Assembly: GCA_028715175.1 (NCBI GenBank)
Contig: JAQUSJ010000001.1
Span: 340,550 to 404,549 of the forward strand
Source of the DNA: Candidatus Daviesbacteria bacterium
GTDB taxonomy: Bacteria; Patescibacteriota; Microgenomatia; Daviesbacterales; UBA10151
Length of the DNA stretch: 64,000 nucleotides
Direction of reading: 5' to 3'
Shown here: positions 9,727 through 19,965 of the stretch, one piece after another
Layout: the number at the start of each line of letters is the position of its first letter
Numbering within the stretch: the first letter of the stretch is position 1
The notes under the pieces: generated by a model
Database searches by the model: none
What the model was told of the DNA's origin: nothing
What the model saw: the letters and a program-made list of their open reading frames with translations, nothing else
Translations under genes and position numbers: made by a program

Positions 9727-10469
9727 AGTAAATTATGGTTTTTAAAAAGTTTTGTTTTAAATCCTAATTTAGCCAAAATAAATAAGAATAATATTTTAAA
9801 TGTTCCTAAAGAATATTTTATACTATTTTTCAAACTAGCTCCTCTTTTTTTGCCGGTATAGTTTGTTTCTACAGGTACTTGAGTTATTTGAATATTTTCA
9901 TAGATGGCTTGAGCAATAAGTTCAAAGCTAAACAGGTAATCGTTTGAGTTCTCCCAGAAGTTGACTTTACTTAGCATATTCCTAGTGTACACTCTAAAGC
10001 CTTGATGGAAATCATTTAACCTAACTCCAAACACCAAGCTATCAATAGAATTAAGTAGTCTAAGAGGAATTAATTTCCAAATATACATACCATTTTCTAT
10101 CGGTCTTAATAGATTAGTAAAACGGTTGCCCAATACGAATTGGCTTCCTTGTTGAATTTGTTTTAATGCTTCCGGGATAGCCGAGGGATTATATTCTCCG
10201 TCCGGGTGGATGTCTATGATGATATCTGCTCCTTGTTCTAGAGCCAAACTTAAGGCTCTTCTCATATTACCGCCATAGCCCAGATTAACTGGATTTTTAT
10301 AGGATATAATACCTAATTTTTTTGCTAATTCAAAAGTATTATCTTTTGAGGCGTCATCAACTAAAATTATTTCATCAGCTAAATCTTTAGGGAAGTCCTT
10401 GTAAAATTTTTCTAAAGTCTTGCCAGCGTTGTAGGCTATAAATAAAACAATTGTTTTTGGTTTATGCAT
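9723..10469 (-). CDS. Glycosyltransferase family 2 (DPM1/GtrB-like, C-terminal hydrophobic segment)
   Basis: 'IVLFIAYNAGKTL...ILVDDASKDNT' GT2 signature; 'IIDIHPDGE' DxD-like; C-terminal 'KILFLFILAKLGF'. Confidence 0.75.
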   Translation of the reverse strand: MHKPKTIVLFIAYNAGKTLEKFYKDFPKDLADEIILVDDASKDNTFELAKKLGIISYKNPVNLGYGGNMRRALSLALEQGADIIIDIHPDGEYNPSAIPEALKQIQQGSQFVLGNRFTNLLRPIENGMYIWKLIPLRLLNSIDSLVFGVRLNDFHQGFRVYTRNMLSKVNFWENSNDYLFSFELIAQAIYENIQITQVPVETNYTGKKRGASLKNSIKYSLGTFKILFLFILAKLGFKTKLFKNHNLL

Positions 10470-10512
10470 ATTTCCTTTTCAGCTCCTATAAATTATACTA
10501 GTTTTCGACAGT

Positions 10513-12411
10513 ATGAGAAATAACAAATTAATATTTTGGAAAATAACAACCTTTTTTACCAAGAGAAGTTCTCTACAAATTTTTTTAATTCTTTTTCTTT
10601 TTGTATTCCTAATACAGTTCTCCTTGCTTAACATTATTTTAAAAAATGGATTTACTATGGAGGAGTGGTTATTGTTGTTTGATTACAAAACAATTGGACT
10701 AAACGCAAATTTTTTAGACAAATTTTTGAATATTTTTTATATAAAAGGCTTTTATACCACCTATCAAGTTATTTATATAGGTGTACTTGAAAGCTTATTC
10801 AAAGGCAATTATCAAGCCTATCAAATAACTAATATAATCTTTAAAGCACTAGCGACTCTCTCTCTGTATCCGCTTATACTAATAGTATTCAAGAGAAGAC
10901 TGCTGGCTTTTTTAACTACAGTGCTTTACGCAATAAGCTATTCTTCTGCAGGAGCTTTACAGTTTGTAGTCAAGGGCAGTGACTACCTGGCGATATTTTT
11001 TATGAATGTGTGCTTAATAGCATATTATTTATCTTTTAGAAAGAAAATAAAATTTTTATACATAACTGCTATTCTCTTACCTATAACTTTTCTATTTTCG
11101 CCCATTAGAATATATCCATTTTTGTCATTTATTGTTTTAGTTGAAGTTGTGATTTGGGTAAGAATCAGAGGATTATTGGGTTTAGTAACTGCATTATTAA
11201 GGTTAACATTAGTATTTTCTCTTTTTTTAATAATGGTGCTTTTGTTATCTCCAACGACAAGCGGTTACTTAAATGGGCCATTGATCGTATATAGATTTTT
11301 ATCCCATGGTAATTATCAGCTCCTATTGACCCCCTTTGCTGGATTAGGATATACGTTTTTGACAAACGATTATTGGTCATTTATATTTGGGAATGTTACT
11401 TTTGATAGTTTTAGAAATTTTTTATTCTTTTTACTTCATGGACCAATACTTATTTACTCAATTCTGGCAATATTAATGGGGATTTTAATCACTAAAAACC
11501 CTCTTCGTCTAATTTTGGGAATTATATCTGCAAATTTGCTTTTTGAAATAGTCAGCTACTTTCTAATCACCAATATTAGAGGTTCGGTTGGACCTGATGT
11601 AAAGGTTTTTGATCCAATAGGCACTTATCCAATCTTCCTTGGATTCTTCTGCTTATCGATTGCCGTATCAAGTCTAATTTTATGGTTGAGAATTCATAGG
11701 TCAAATATTTTGCTGTTGGTTCTTTTTATCGGCCCAATTTTTTCCAGTGTATTCTTGTGGGGTACGTGGTTTATCATAGGTGATATTTTAAATTTTAAAG
11801 AAGGGATACATTGGTATTTGATAATACCGCCAATAGGCAGCAGTCTATTTTTAGCCGGTTTAATGGTATTGGGATTTGATCGGATAAAGCGGATAGTTAA
11901 TTCTTATTTAAAATATACTTTGATAGGTTTTTTGTTTCTAACGATACTACCTTTATACTTGATTAGTGGTAAGGAGATTAATACAACTTTTACTGCTTTA
12001 CTTAAAACAGGATATAAAGCTTCTGATCAAGAACAAATGAAGAGCAGATTGCTTAGTTATATTAAAGAGCCTCTGGATAAGAATCCTGCACTGTTCTATT
12101 TCGAGAGCGAAGAAAAGATATTTTATCCGGTATATCTGGTTGTAGGGTTCGAACAGACAATGCTTTTTAGGAATTGGGAAGTTGTCAACGGATGCGTAGG
12201 TATTATTTACGATAAGAGTGTTCTTGAAAAGTCAGTAGCAGTAAAGGACGGTATTGAGGGATTTCAGGCAAGTAGTCTGTGTGTATCCGATTATTTCGCC
12301 GTAGAACGCCGGAATGTATTTTTTAGATCTGATAACTTTTATGCATTCAGGTTGAAAGATAAAAATGTAGTAGATATTAAAGAAGAAGTTCTTAAGAATT
12401 TGAATTTTTAA
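10513..12411 (+). CDS. Polytopic membrane protein, putative GT-C-fold glycosyltransferase ('YGDDW'-family paralog with conserved C-terminal 'YAFRLKDKN' motif)
   Basis: 632 aa, more than 10 TM helices. The C-terminal soluble tail shares a motif with 13588, 15336 and 27699. Confidence 0.5.
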   Translation: MRNNKLIFWKITTFFTKRSSLQIFLILFLFVFLIQFSLLNIILKNGFTMEEWLLLFDYKTIGLNANFLDKFLNIFYIKGFYTTYQVIYIGVLESLFKGNYQAYQITNIIFKALATLSLYPLILIVFKRRLLAFLTTVLYAISYSSAGALQFVVKGSDYLAIFFMNVCLIAYYLSFRKKIKFLYITAILLPITFLFSPIRIYPFLSFIVLVEVVIWVRIRGLLGLVTALLRLTLVFSLFLIMVLLLSPTTSGYLNGPLIVYRFLSHGNYQLLLTPFAGLGYTFLTNDYWSFIFGNVTFDSFRNFLFFLLHGPILIYSILAILMGILITKNPLRLILGIISANLLFEIVSYFLITNIRGSVGPDVKVFDPIGTYPIFLGFFCLSIAVSSLILWLRIHRSNILLLVLFIGPIFSSVFLWGTWFIIGDILNFKEGIHWYLIIPPIGSSLFLAGLMVLGFDRIKRIVNSYLKYTLIGFLFLTILPLYLISGKEINTTFTALLKTGYKASDQEQMKSRLLSYIKEPLDKNPALFYFESEEKIFYPVYLVVGFEQTMLFRNWEVVNGCVGIIYDKSVLEKSVAVKDGIEGFQASSLCVSDYFAVERRNVFFRSDNFYAFRLKDKNVVDIKEEVLKNLNF

Positions 12412-12434
12412 GTAAATAACTCTGATGTTAAAAT

Positions 12435-12698
12435 TTGCTTCAAAATGGCAAATTGGAAAAAGACTGTACGGCAACTTTTTATCAAGGAATAGATAAGTTG
12501 AGTAAAATAACCGTCCATGATAACAGAATAAAAGGCTTTGTTTATAGCGGACAATGCAGCCAAGGCGTTAAGGGAGGTGAAAGGGTTTTTTATCCGATTG
12601 ATAACTTTTATCCTTTTAGAATTAAAAATGGAGAAATTATTAATATAAAACAGGAAATTTTGTCCGAACTCACTTTTTTGCTACGGTTAAATAAATAG
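12435..12698 (+). pseudogene. Orphan fragment homologous to the C-terminal tail of the upstream GT-C-like gene (remnant of a deleted or decayed paralog)
   Basis: The 87-aa ORF 'GFVYSGQCSQGVKGGERVFYPIDNFYPFRIKNGEIINIKQEILSELTF' aligns to the upstream gene's end 'GFQASSLCVSDYFAVERRNVFFRSDNFYAFRLKDKNVVDIKEEVLKNLNF'. It has no N-terminal membrane domain. Confidence 0.4.
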
Positions 12699-13551
12699 GT
12701 GATTGTCCGACAATAAAGAAACATATCTCTACGAATGTCGAAATTATAATTAATGGAAATAATAAAATAAGAAAAATCGAATTATTAGAATCTTTAAAAA
12801 AATCAATCGGTCGCGACGGAAATAAATTTAATGTACTTGCTATAAATCCGGTAATTGTATATTCAAATGCTGGAACTCCGGAATGAGATATACTTCTAAA
12901 TTTCGATCTAGTTAAAATCTTTTCTAATCCCTTTGGAGTTAGATGTGATAAATGGCGTGGAGGATCTAAATGATACCAAAAGCGTTTAAAAATATGTGAT
13001 TCTAAGCAGTCAGCTCTCGGATATTCTACGAAAAGATAACCCCCATCATTCAGGATACTAGCTGCTTTTTTTATATATTCATGAGGGGAAACAGTATGTT
13101 CTAAACTTTCCCAAAAAACTACTGCATCAAATTTTATTTTAGGTTTCCAAGTTAAAAAATCTGTTTTTATTACATCCGGGTTTTGAATTTTAGCAGAAGG
13201 GAGATCTAAAGATGTTGCTTCAAAATTTTTGTTTAAAAATTTACTAAAGATGGCTTCCCCAGCTCCTACATCTAAAATCCTTCCTTTTTTCAAAAAATCC
13301 ATGATCCAATATTTTCGTCTAAGTTGAAAAAGGTGGTACATGGTTTTTTTCAAGATTCCGAGAAATCCTTTGGGTATCCAGTAGCTATCATTGTAATATT
13401 GACCAATATTTTTTGGAACAGGATATGTAAATCCATTTAAGCATTTTTTACAAAAGTAAATTTGGAATTCATCGCAATTAAACCTTTGAAAAGTCGGTGA
13501 ACTATTGCAATTAGGGCATTTTATCCGATGCTTGTTGTCTTTAGCTTTCAT
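12670..13551 (-). CDS. Class I SAM-dependent methyltransferase with N-terminal zinc-ribbon
   Basis: 'CPNCNSS...CKKCLNGF' Cys4 ribbon; SAM motif 'ILDVGAGEAIF'. Confidence 0.7.
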   Translation of the reverse strand: MKAKDNKHRIKCPNCNSSPTFQRFNCDEFQIYFCKKCLNGFTYPVPKNIGQYYNDSYWIPKGFLGILKKTMYHLFQLRRKYWIMDFLKKGRILDVGAGEAIFSKFLNKNFEATSLDLPSAKIQNPDVIKTDFLTWKPKIKFDAVVFWESLEHTVSPHEYIKKAASILNDGGYLFVEYPRADCLESHIFKRFWYHLDPPRHLSHLTPKGLEKILTRSKFRSISHSGVPAFEYTITGFIASTLNLFPSRPIDFFKDSNNSIFLILLFPLIIISTFVEICFFIVGQSPIYLTVAKK

Positions 13552-13587
13552 AATAATGGATGGTAGTTTATCATTTATCTAGAAAAA

Positions 13588-15333
13588 TTATCTTTCTTCT
13601 AGTAATTTTTGGCGTGTGATATTGGTAATATTTATCAGATTATCCTTACCCTGAAGACGAAAAGCATAAATATGGTCGATAGGAATAGGTTTTAACGGAT
13701 ATCCGTATGCCTTAAGCGATTGACCGTCTTTAACGGCAGATACTACATCCTTCCAATTATCAGTTGCTCCAGGGAATTTATCGCTTTCTGTCAGGTTATA
13801 TAAAAGAGCTATATGAAAAGGAAATCCAAACATAACCGATTCTCCCAGGATCCTAGCATTAGTTTCGTCTCTTTCGAAAAATAACAGAAACGGTTCTTTT
13901 CCGATATTTGGAATACGGGGAATAGATGACCAGATTTTGTCAACTATTTGCTGACTATGTGAGTTTAATAATTTATCAATAGATGTTCGAGTTGATGTTA
14001 TATGCAGGATTAGAAATAACGATAGTAATAAAGCCAAATAGACTTGATTTTTAAATTTCTTACCTAAGCTTATTATGATTGCCAGTAATATTGAAATACC
14101 TATTGCCGATGTTGTTAGATATCTATGGGTACTATCAATAGGGGAAGCAGGATTCCAAAGCCAAGCCATAAAGAAAGAAAATAAAGTCCATGAAAATGAT
14201 ATAAAAAGTGCAGTAAGTATGTTTTTTTGAGTTTGATACTTGAACATTAATAAAATCCATATAATAATTGCCAATCCTCCTACGATAGACATTAGAATCA
14301 TATTTGAGCTGGAGAAAGTAACAATATTTAACTTCCGGACAACAAAGACACTAAATATCCATATACTTGCAGTTATTAAGCATTTTTTTATATCATCTTT
14401 ATCAAATTTCTCAATATTTGCTTTGAATATAATTAAAAAGATTAAAAATAAAGCAATAGCAGGGAGAGTAACGGAAGATAACATATCGCTTTTTGTATTT
14501 ATTTGAATATTGGGAAAGGCGAAATTAGGGATAAACATTCCACCTATAGTTATTATTGGGTATAGAAGAAAGTCAGAGCGTCCTTCACTTAGCATTTTTT
14601 GGATTGTAGTGATACTTGAATTTAGTCTACTAAACCAATCCCCGCTATTCCCTAATGAATATCCGGAAATACCGATAGTGAGTAGTATAGTGAAAACAAA
14701 TATAACTTTAAGGAAGGAATGTTTTAAGTTATCAAATGTCTTGTTTTTAATTAACCAAAAAGCTTCTAAGGATAAAATAAATAGCGGTGCTCCAATCATT
14801 CGCTGTGATGCAGTGACACACGCAAGGTAAAAAAATATCCCGGAAAATAATAGAGTTCTTATTTTCTTAGTTTCGTGAAAAATTATGTAGAAATATAAAA
14901 AAATATTGAAGAAGGCAATTGTAAGATATGTGGGCATAGTCAGCAACCAGCCTGTGCTATCAAATCCTATTGTTGTAATTGAAAAAAACAACATAGCAAA
15001 AAAGGTAGCCAACTTATTCTTTGTGAGGTAGAAAACAAGCGGATATAGTGAGAAAGCAGCAAATAACCGAAAGATATAAGAGGTGACTTCATAGTAAAAA
15101 GCATTATTGCCAAAAAATTGATGAAGTAAACCCATGATGATATCTTGAGAACCATAAGGAGTGAGATAGTAGCTAAATAAATTCCATCCCTCTTTTGAAG
15201 GAGGATTTACATGTACGACATATCTGAAAATAGCCAACCAATCATCACCATATAAACCAATACCGAAACTTGGGATTAAGATTAAATAACTGATAATCAA
15301 TACTAATAAAAATTGCAGATAAACTAGTTTCAT
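13588..15333 (-). CDS. Polytopic membrane protein, putative GT-C-fold glycosyltransferase ('YGDDW' family)
   Basis: 581 aa, many TM helices, 'LYGDDWLAIF' near the N-terminus, C-terminal 'YAFRLQGKDNLINITNI' shared with its neighbour. Confidence 0.5.
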   Translation of the reverse strand: MKLVYLQFLLVLIISYLILIPSFGIGLYGDDWLAIFRYVVHVNPPSKEGWNLFSYYLTPYGSQDIIMGLLHQFFGNNAFYYEVTSYIFRLFAAFSLYPLVFYLTKNKLATFFAMLFFSITTIGFDSTGWLLTMPTYLTIAFFNIFLYFYIIFHETKKIRTLLFSGIFFYLACVTASQRMIGAPLFILSLEAFWLIKNKTFDNLKHSFLKVIFVFTILLTIGISGYSLGNSGDWFSRLNSSITTIQKMLSEGRSDFLLYPIITIGGMFIPNFAFPNIQINTKSDMLSSVTLPAIALFLIFLIIFKANIEKFDKDDIKKCLITASIWIFSVFVVRKLNIVTFSSSNMILMSIVGGLAIIIWILLMFKYQTQKNILTALFISFSWTLFSFFMAWLWNPASPIDSTHRYLTTSAIGISILLAIIISLGKKFKNQVYLALLLSLFLILHITSTRTSIDKLLNSHSQQIVDKIWSSIPRIPNIGKEPFLLFFERDETNARILGESVMFGFPFHIALLYNLTESDKFPGATDNWKDVVSAVKDGQSLKAYGYPLKPIPIDHIYAFRLQGKDNLINITNITRQKLLEER

Positions 15334-15335
15334 AC

Positions 15336-17144
15336 TTAACGCTGGTTTTGTAAAAATTCCACTAATTTTTTTCTAGCATTATCGGTGATATTTATCAAAT
15401 TATCTTTGCCTTGAAGATGGAAGGCGTAAACGCTTGAAGGTGAGATTGGATTTAAAACACGGCCGCCAAAATGAGGTGCAAATGATTTTCCATCCAAAAC
15501 TGCAGATTCTACATCTTTCCAGACAATCATTGAAACAGGGTTCTTATTCATCTCCGGTATGTTATAAAGTATAGCCATATGAAACGGAAAACCAAAAGTA
15601 ACCGTATCATTTAATATAGATCCATTAGTCTCATCACCTTCAAAATAAAATATTAGTGGTTCCTTATTCTTACCAATTTCTGAAATATAAGGCATTTGGG
15701 ACCAAATTTTGTTACTGGTTTCAGCACTATGATTTTCTAAAAGCCTCTGAAGATGTATACGGGTATTTATTATATGTATTAGTATTAAGAAAAAAAATAA
15801 TGATAATACGATTTTTTGATACTTTTGATTTTTTACCAAAGAAACTAAAGTGGCAAGGAAAAGACTTATGCCTACTGCCGATCCAATTAGATACCGGTGA
15901 TAAGTAACCAAAAGAAAAAATGGGTCCCATAACCATGGTATTAAGAAAGCTACGACAGACCAACATAAAGATGAAAATATTGCCTGGGAGATTAATTGAT
16001 TTCGATAAAATTTATGAAGCAAATATATTCCTAATATTGATATATAACCCCCGATAAGAAGTGAAATTAAGAATTTAGGGCCTGGGAAAGTTGTTTGATT
16101 AGCAAAATAAACTACAGCAGAGATTAAACTCCATAATGCAGTAAAAACTAATGTTGTCCTGGAAGAATAAGTTTTTTTTGGAAATATTGAACGCATAATG
16201 AATAACGATATGATGGTGAATATGCTGTACACGAGCAATATCAAAAAAACTAACTGAGATTTTTTTAACGCTATCGGGAAATTATCTATAGCCGTATCAG
16301 GAATAAACATACTGCCGAATGAAATGACTGGATAAAATAGGAAGTCGAATCTGTAATTTTCTAATTGCTTGATCATCTTTGATAATGAATCTGTTGTTTG
16401 AGTAAGCAAAAAGATATTGGATTGAGGTTTTGCTTCATTTTTTTGTGTTGAGGAAAAAAAAGGATTTCCAGTAACATTAATAAATATTAAAATTAAGAAA
16501 ATAAAAGATAATCGTAAAGATACCTTTTTTAGAATTTTTTTGCTCCAATTTTGGATGATCCAAAAAAATTCAATTAAAAGAATAAATAGTAGAAGTCCAG
16601 TCATTCGAACAGGAACAGTTACAAAAGACAGATAAAAAAATAATCCTGCGTATAACAACTTTTTAACCTCTTTTTCTTCTCGTGATCTCAGGAAGTAATA
16701 TAGAAATAGATTAAAGAATGTTAGACCTATATATGAAGGAATATGAGGAAGATATTCTGTAGTTTCTAATCCAATAGTAGTGATGCAAAAAAACAACATT
16801 GCAAAAAAAGAAGCCAGTTTGCTTTTGGTGAGATAAAAAGTAAGGGGATAAAGCGAAAAAGCGACTATAATTCTTACGATCATTGAAGTCATATAATAAT
16901 AAGAAGCATGATAACCATAAATTGCCCGGAAAAAACCCATTAAAATAGCTTGTGATCCATATCTAGTTAATGCTTCATTTAAAAAATCCCTCATACTTGG
17001 AGTAGATCCTTGGGGAAATAGATAGTTATATATAGAGAATATCATCCAATCGTCGCCGTAAAAAGATAATTTAAGAGTTGGAAAGAATACTACTAGCCCG
17101 ACTAAGAAAATTATCAAGAACATTAACCATAGTTTCATTAGCAT
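15336..17144 (-). CDS. Polytopic membrane protein, putative GT-C-fold glycosyltransferase ('YGDDW' family, tandem paralog of 13588..15333)
   Basis: 602 aa, 'FYGDDWMIFSIY' N-terminal motif, C-terminal 'YAFHLQGKDNLINITDN'. Collinear with the neighbour. Confidence 0.5.
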   Translation of the reverse strand: MLMKLWLMFLIIFLVGLVVFFPTLKLSFYGDDWMIFSIYNYLFPQGSTPSMRDFLNEALTRYGSQAILMGFFRAIYGYHASYYYMTSMIVRIIVAFSLYPLTFYLTKSKLASFFAMLFFCITTIGLETTEYLPHIPSYIGLTFFNLFLYYFLRSREEKEVKKLLYAGLFFYLSFVTVPVRMTGLLLFILLIEFFWIIQNWSKKILKKVSLRLSFIFLILIFINVTGNPFFSSTQKNEAKPQSNIFLLTQTTDSLSKMIKQLENYRFDFLFYPVISFGSMFIPDTAIDNFPIALKKSQLVFLILLVYSIFTIISLFIMRSIFPKKTYSSRTTLVFTALWSLISAVVYFANQTTFPGPKFLISLLIGGYISILGIYLLHKFYRNQLISQAIFSSLCWSVVAFLIPWLWDPFFLLVTYHRYLIGSAVGISLFLATLVSLVKNQKYQKIVLSLFFFLILIHIINTRIHLQRLLENHSAETSNKIWSQMPYISEIGKNKEPLIFYFEGDETNGSILNDTVTFGFPFHMAILYNIPEMNKNPVSMIVWKDVESAVLDGKSFAPHFGGRVLNPISPSSVYAFHLQGKDNLINITDNARKKLVEFLQNQR

Positions 17145-17199
17145 AAAAACTACACTTTTTATAATTCAAAAGCAATATGCGTTATGGTAGTATTTATCT

Positions 17200-18039
17200 T
17201 TGATAATGAATAATAATATGCTTGTTTCAGTAATAATTACTTCAAAAAATGAAGCTGAAGTGATCGACAATTTAATTCAGTCATTGAAGGGACAGACCCA
17301 TAAAGATTTAGAGGTTATCCTGATTGATAATAATTCAAGAGATAATACAGTAAAAATTGTTGAAAAATTAGGAATTAAAATATATAACTATGGACCAGAA
17401 AGAAGCGCACAAAGAAATTTTGGAGCAAAGAAAACTAAAGGAAGATTCCTTTTTTTTCTTGATGCTGATATGAAGCTTTCACCGACTGTAGTAGAAGAGT
17501 GCGTTAAAACGAGCATCTCCGATAAAAAAATAGGCGCTGTATTTGTGCCGGAAAGATCAGTAGCTGCAAATTTCTGGGAAAAAGTAAAAGCATTTGAAAG
17601 ATCTTTTTACAACGAAAAAGGGGATGAAATAACTGATGCTGCGAGGTTTTTTAAAAGAGAAGCGTTTGAAAAAAGTGGAGGTTATGATGAGACTATTACT
17701 GGGCCGGAAGATTGGGAATTAACAGGGAGTATTAAAGCGCTTGGTTATAAAACAGGAAGGATACGATCTGTTATTTATCATTACGAGAGGATCGATTCAC
17801 TTATCAGTTTGGTTAGAAAAAAATTTTATTATGGTCTTCGTTCGCATAGGTATTTATCTAAACAAAATGTTCCGGTTATTAGTCCGAAAACTATTTATTT
17901 CCTAAGACCTGTATTCTATAAACACTTTGATAGAATAATCGCACATCCGATATTGAGTACAGGTATGTTCATTATGTTAACAATGGAACTGTTTGCCGGC
18001 GGATCGGGGTATTTAATCGGAAAGGCGAAACGGCTTTGA
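17200..18039 (+). CDS. Glycosyltransferase family 2
   Basis: 'VSVIITSKNEAEVI...ILIDNNSRDNT', 'LDADM' DxD. Confidence 0.75.
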   Translation: MIMNNNMLVSVIITSKNEAEVIDNLIQSLKGQTHKDLEVILIDNNSRDNTVKIVEKLGIKIYNYGPERSAQRNFGAKKTKGRFLFFLDADMKLSPTVVEECVKTSISDKKIGAVFVPERSVAANFWEKVKAFERSFYNEKGDEITDAARFFKREAFEKSGGYDETITGPEDWELTGSIKALGYKTGRIRSVIYHYERIDSLISLVRKKFYYGLRSHRYLSKQNVPVISPKTIYFLRPVFYKHFDRIIAHPILSTGMFIMLTMELFAGGSGYLIGKAKRL

Positions 18040-19154
18040 AGATATTACAATTAACAGCTCATTTTAAACCTAATATTGGTGGAGTAGAAACCCATCTAAT
18101 AGATTTAGTAAATATCTTAATAAAAAAGAACTGGGAGGTAACAGTTCTTACATATAATCCTTTGACTACCCAAGTGAAATCAAAAGTCTACGAGAAAGAC
18201 CGGTCTTTAACAATAATCAGATTGCCTTGGTTTTCAGGTTTATTTTATAGATTAATTAACTATCCGATATTGGAATTTCTTTATTTACTACCAGGATTAT
18301 TTTTTGCTGCTCCGATCCTTATGGTGATAAACAACACTGATGTAATCCATGCTCATGGTCTTGTAGCCGGATTCGTTGGTGTGTTTTGGGGAAAAATATT
18401 TAGAAAAAAAGTAATTATTTCCACCCATAGTATTTATAGCTTTCCTAAGAGTGGATTATATAGAGAATTTGTTACTTTTCTTTTTAAGAACGCTGATTGT
18501 TGCTTAGGTCTCTCGAAACAATCAGGAAATGAGATTAAATCTTTAGGAATAAATGAAAAACAGGTTAAAGTTTTTACCTATTGGGTTGATTTAGATAAAT
18601 TTAAGAAAATTTTATATGCCAAAAATAAATTGAAATGGAATCAAGATTTTGTTGTCCTATTTGTAGGAAGATTGGTACACGAAAAAGGGTTAGAGGTATT
18701 GCTTGAATCCGTTAAGAGTTGGAATAAAGAGATTAAATTAAAAATAATCGGATCAGGACCTCTTGAGACTAAAGTAAGAAAAGTCGCATCGCAATTATCA
18801 AATATGGATTTTATTGAAGGTATTGATTCAAAGAACCTACCTATATATTATAGCGGGGCTGACTTGTTAATTGTTCCATCTATCTCAGAAGAAGGTTTTG
18901 GAAGAGTTATAATTGAAGCGTTGGCATGTGGTACACCAGTACTTGGAGCAAAAAGAGGAGCTATTCCAGAGGCCTTAGATGAAACAGTTGGTAAGCTTAT
19001 AGATATTAGCCCGGATGATATTAAACAAGCAGTGAACTATTTCTTTAAGTCAAAAGATAAATTAAAAATGCTTGCGAGAAATTGTCGGAATTTTGCAGAA
19101 AGGAGATATTCTGAAAAAAATGCAGAAACAATCATTAAAGCATATAGATCATAA
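18036..19154 (+). CDS. Glycosyltransferase family 4
   Basis: 'EGFGRVIIEALACGTPVLGAKRGAIPE' GT4 C-terminal motif. Confidence 0.8.
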   Translation: MKILQLTAHFKPNIGGVETHLIDLVNILIKKNWEVTVLTYNPLTTQVKSKVYEKDRSLTIIRLPWFSGLFYRLINYPILEFLYLLPGLFFAAPILMVINNTDVIHAHGLVAGFVGVFWGKIFRKKVIISTHSIYSFPKSGLYREFVTFLFKNADCCLGLSKQSGNEIKSLGINEKQVKVFTYWVDLDKFKKILYAKNKLKWNQDFVVLFVGRLVHEKGLEVLLESVKSWNKEIKLKIIGSGPLETKVRKVASQLSNMDFIEGIDSKNLPIYYSGADLLIVPSISEEGFGRVIIEALACGTPVLGAKRGAIPEALDETVGKLIDISPDDIKQAVNYFFKSKDKLKMLARNCRNFAERRYSEKNAETIIKAYRS

Positions 19155-19185
19155 TTTAAATTTTTCTCTGAAAAATGTAGGTGAT

Positions 19186-19965
19186 ATGGCATTAAAGAGA
19201 AGGGCAAAAAAGATAATTGGAGGATTGGAATTAAAAGAAGGCGATAAAGTGCTAGAGGTTGGTTGTGGCAACGGGTACTACCTCAGCTTATTAAACAGGT
19301 TAGGAATTAATTTATCTCTAACAGGAATTGATATTGATGAATTGGCTTTGAAAGATGCAAAGAAATTTATTAATGACAAAAAAGTTAAACTGATAAAGGC
19401 GAGTGCGTCTAAAATTCCATTCCCAAATAATACTTTTGATAAAATTGTGATGAGTGAGGTGATAGAGCATGTTACCGATGATGAAAAAAATGTTTTAAAA
19501 GAAGCCTATCGGGTTTTAAAAAAAGATGGAATTCTTGCTTTGACAACAAATAATATTAATTATCCATTTTTATGGGATCCGGTAAATTGGATATTGCAAC
19601 ATTTTTTTAATACACATTTTAAATCAGGGTTTTGGGCTGGAATTTGGAATCAACATGACAGGCTTTATAAAAAGGAGCGAGTTGAAAAGTTAATGAAGTA
19701 TGCTGGTTTTGAAATTAACCAAAGCGAATCTCTAACATTTTGGTGTTTACCTTTTAATCATTATATTGTGAATTTAATAGCTAAACTTTTTTATTCAAAT
19801 AAATTGCCTAAAAGCATAGCTAAGGGAATGAATAAATTTCAAAATAATAAACAACCCTTTTTAATAAAAGCAACGTTTAGTTTTATCAATTTAATTGATA
19901 TGTTAAATGATGTTATGCCCCAAAAATCCGGGGTATCAATATTCGTCAAAGCCCAGAAAAGATGA
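19186..19965 (+). CDS. Class I SAM-dependent methyltransferase
   Basis: 'VLEVGCGNGYY' motif I. The listed ORF starts at 19072 inside the upstream gene. The ATG at 19186 is preceded by GGTGAT and avoids the overlap, so I prefer it. Confidence 0.65.
   Translation: MALKRRAKKIIGGLELKEGDKVLEVGCGNGYYLSLLNRLGINLSLTGIDIDELALKDAKKFINDKKVKLIKASASKIPFPNNTFDKIVMSEVIEHVTDDEKNVLKEAYRVLKKDGILALTTNNINYPFLWDPVNWILQHFFNTHFKSGFWAGIWNQHDRLYKKERVEKLMKYAGFEINQSESLTFWCLPFNHYIVNLIAKLFYSNKLPKSIAKGMNKFQNNKQPFLIKATFSFINLIDMLNDVMPQKSGVSIFVKAQKR

Noticed and set aside
19072-19185. Listed ORF start at 19072 for the methyltransferase (and 62194 for the MTase at 62233; TTG 49583 for copy B of the giant gene)
   Set aside because: These starts create long overlaps with the upstream gene. 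Downstream ATGs (19186, 62233, 49589) sit at or right after the upstream stop with better spacing, so they are preferred, with the longer alternatives not excluded.
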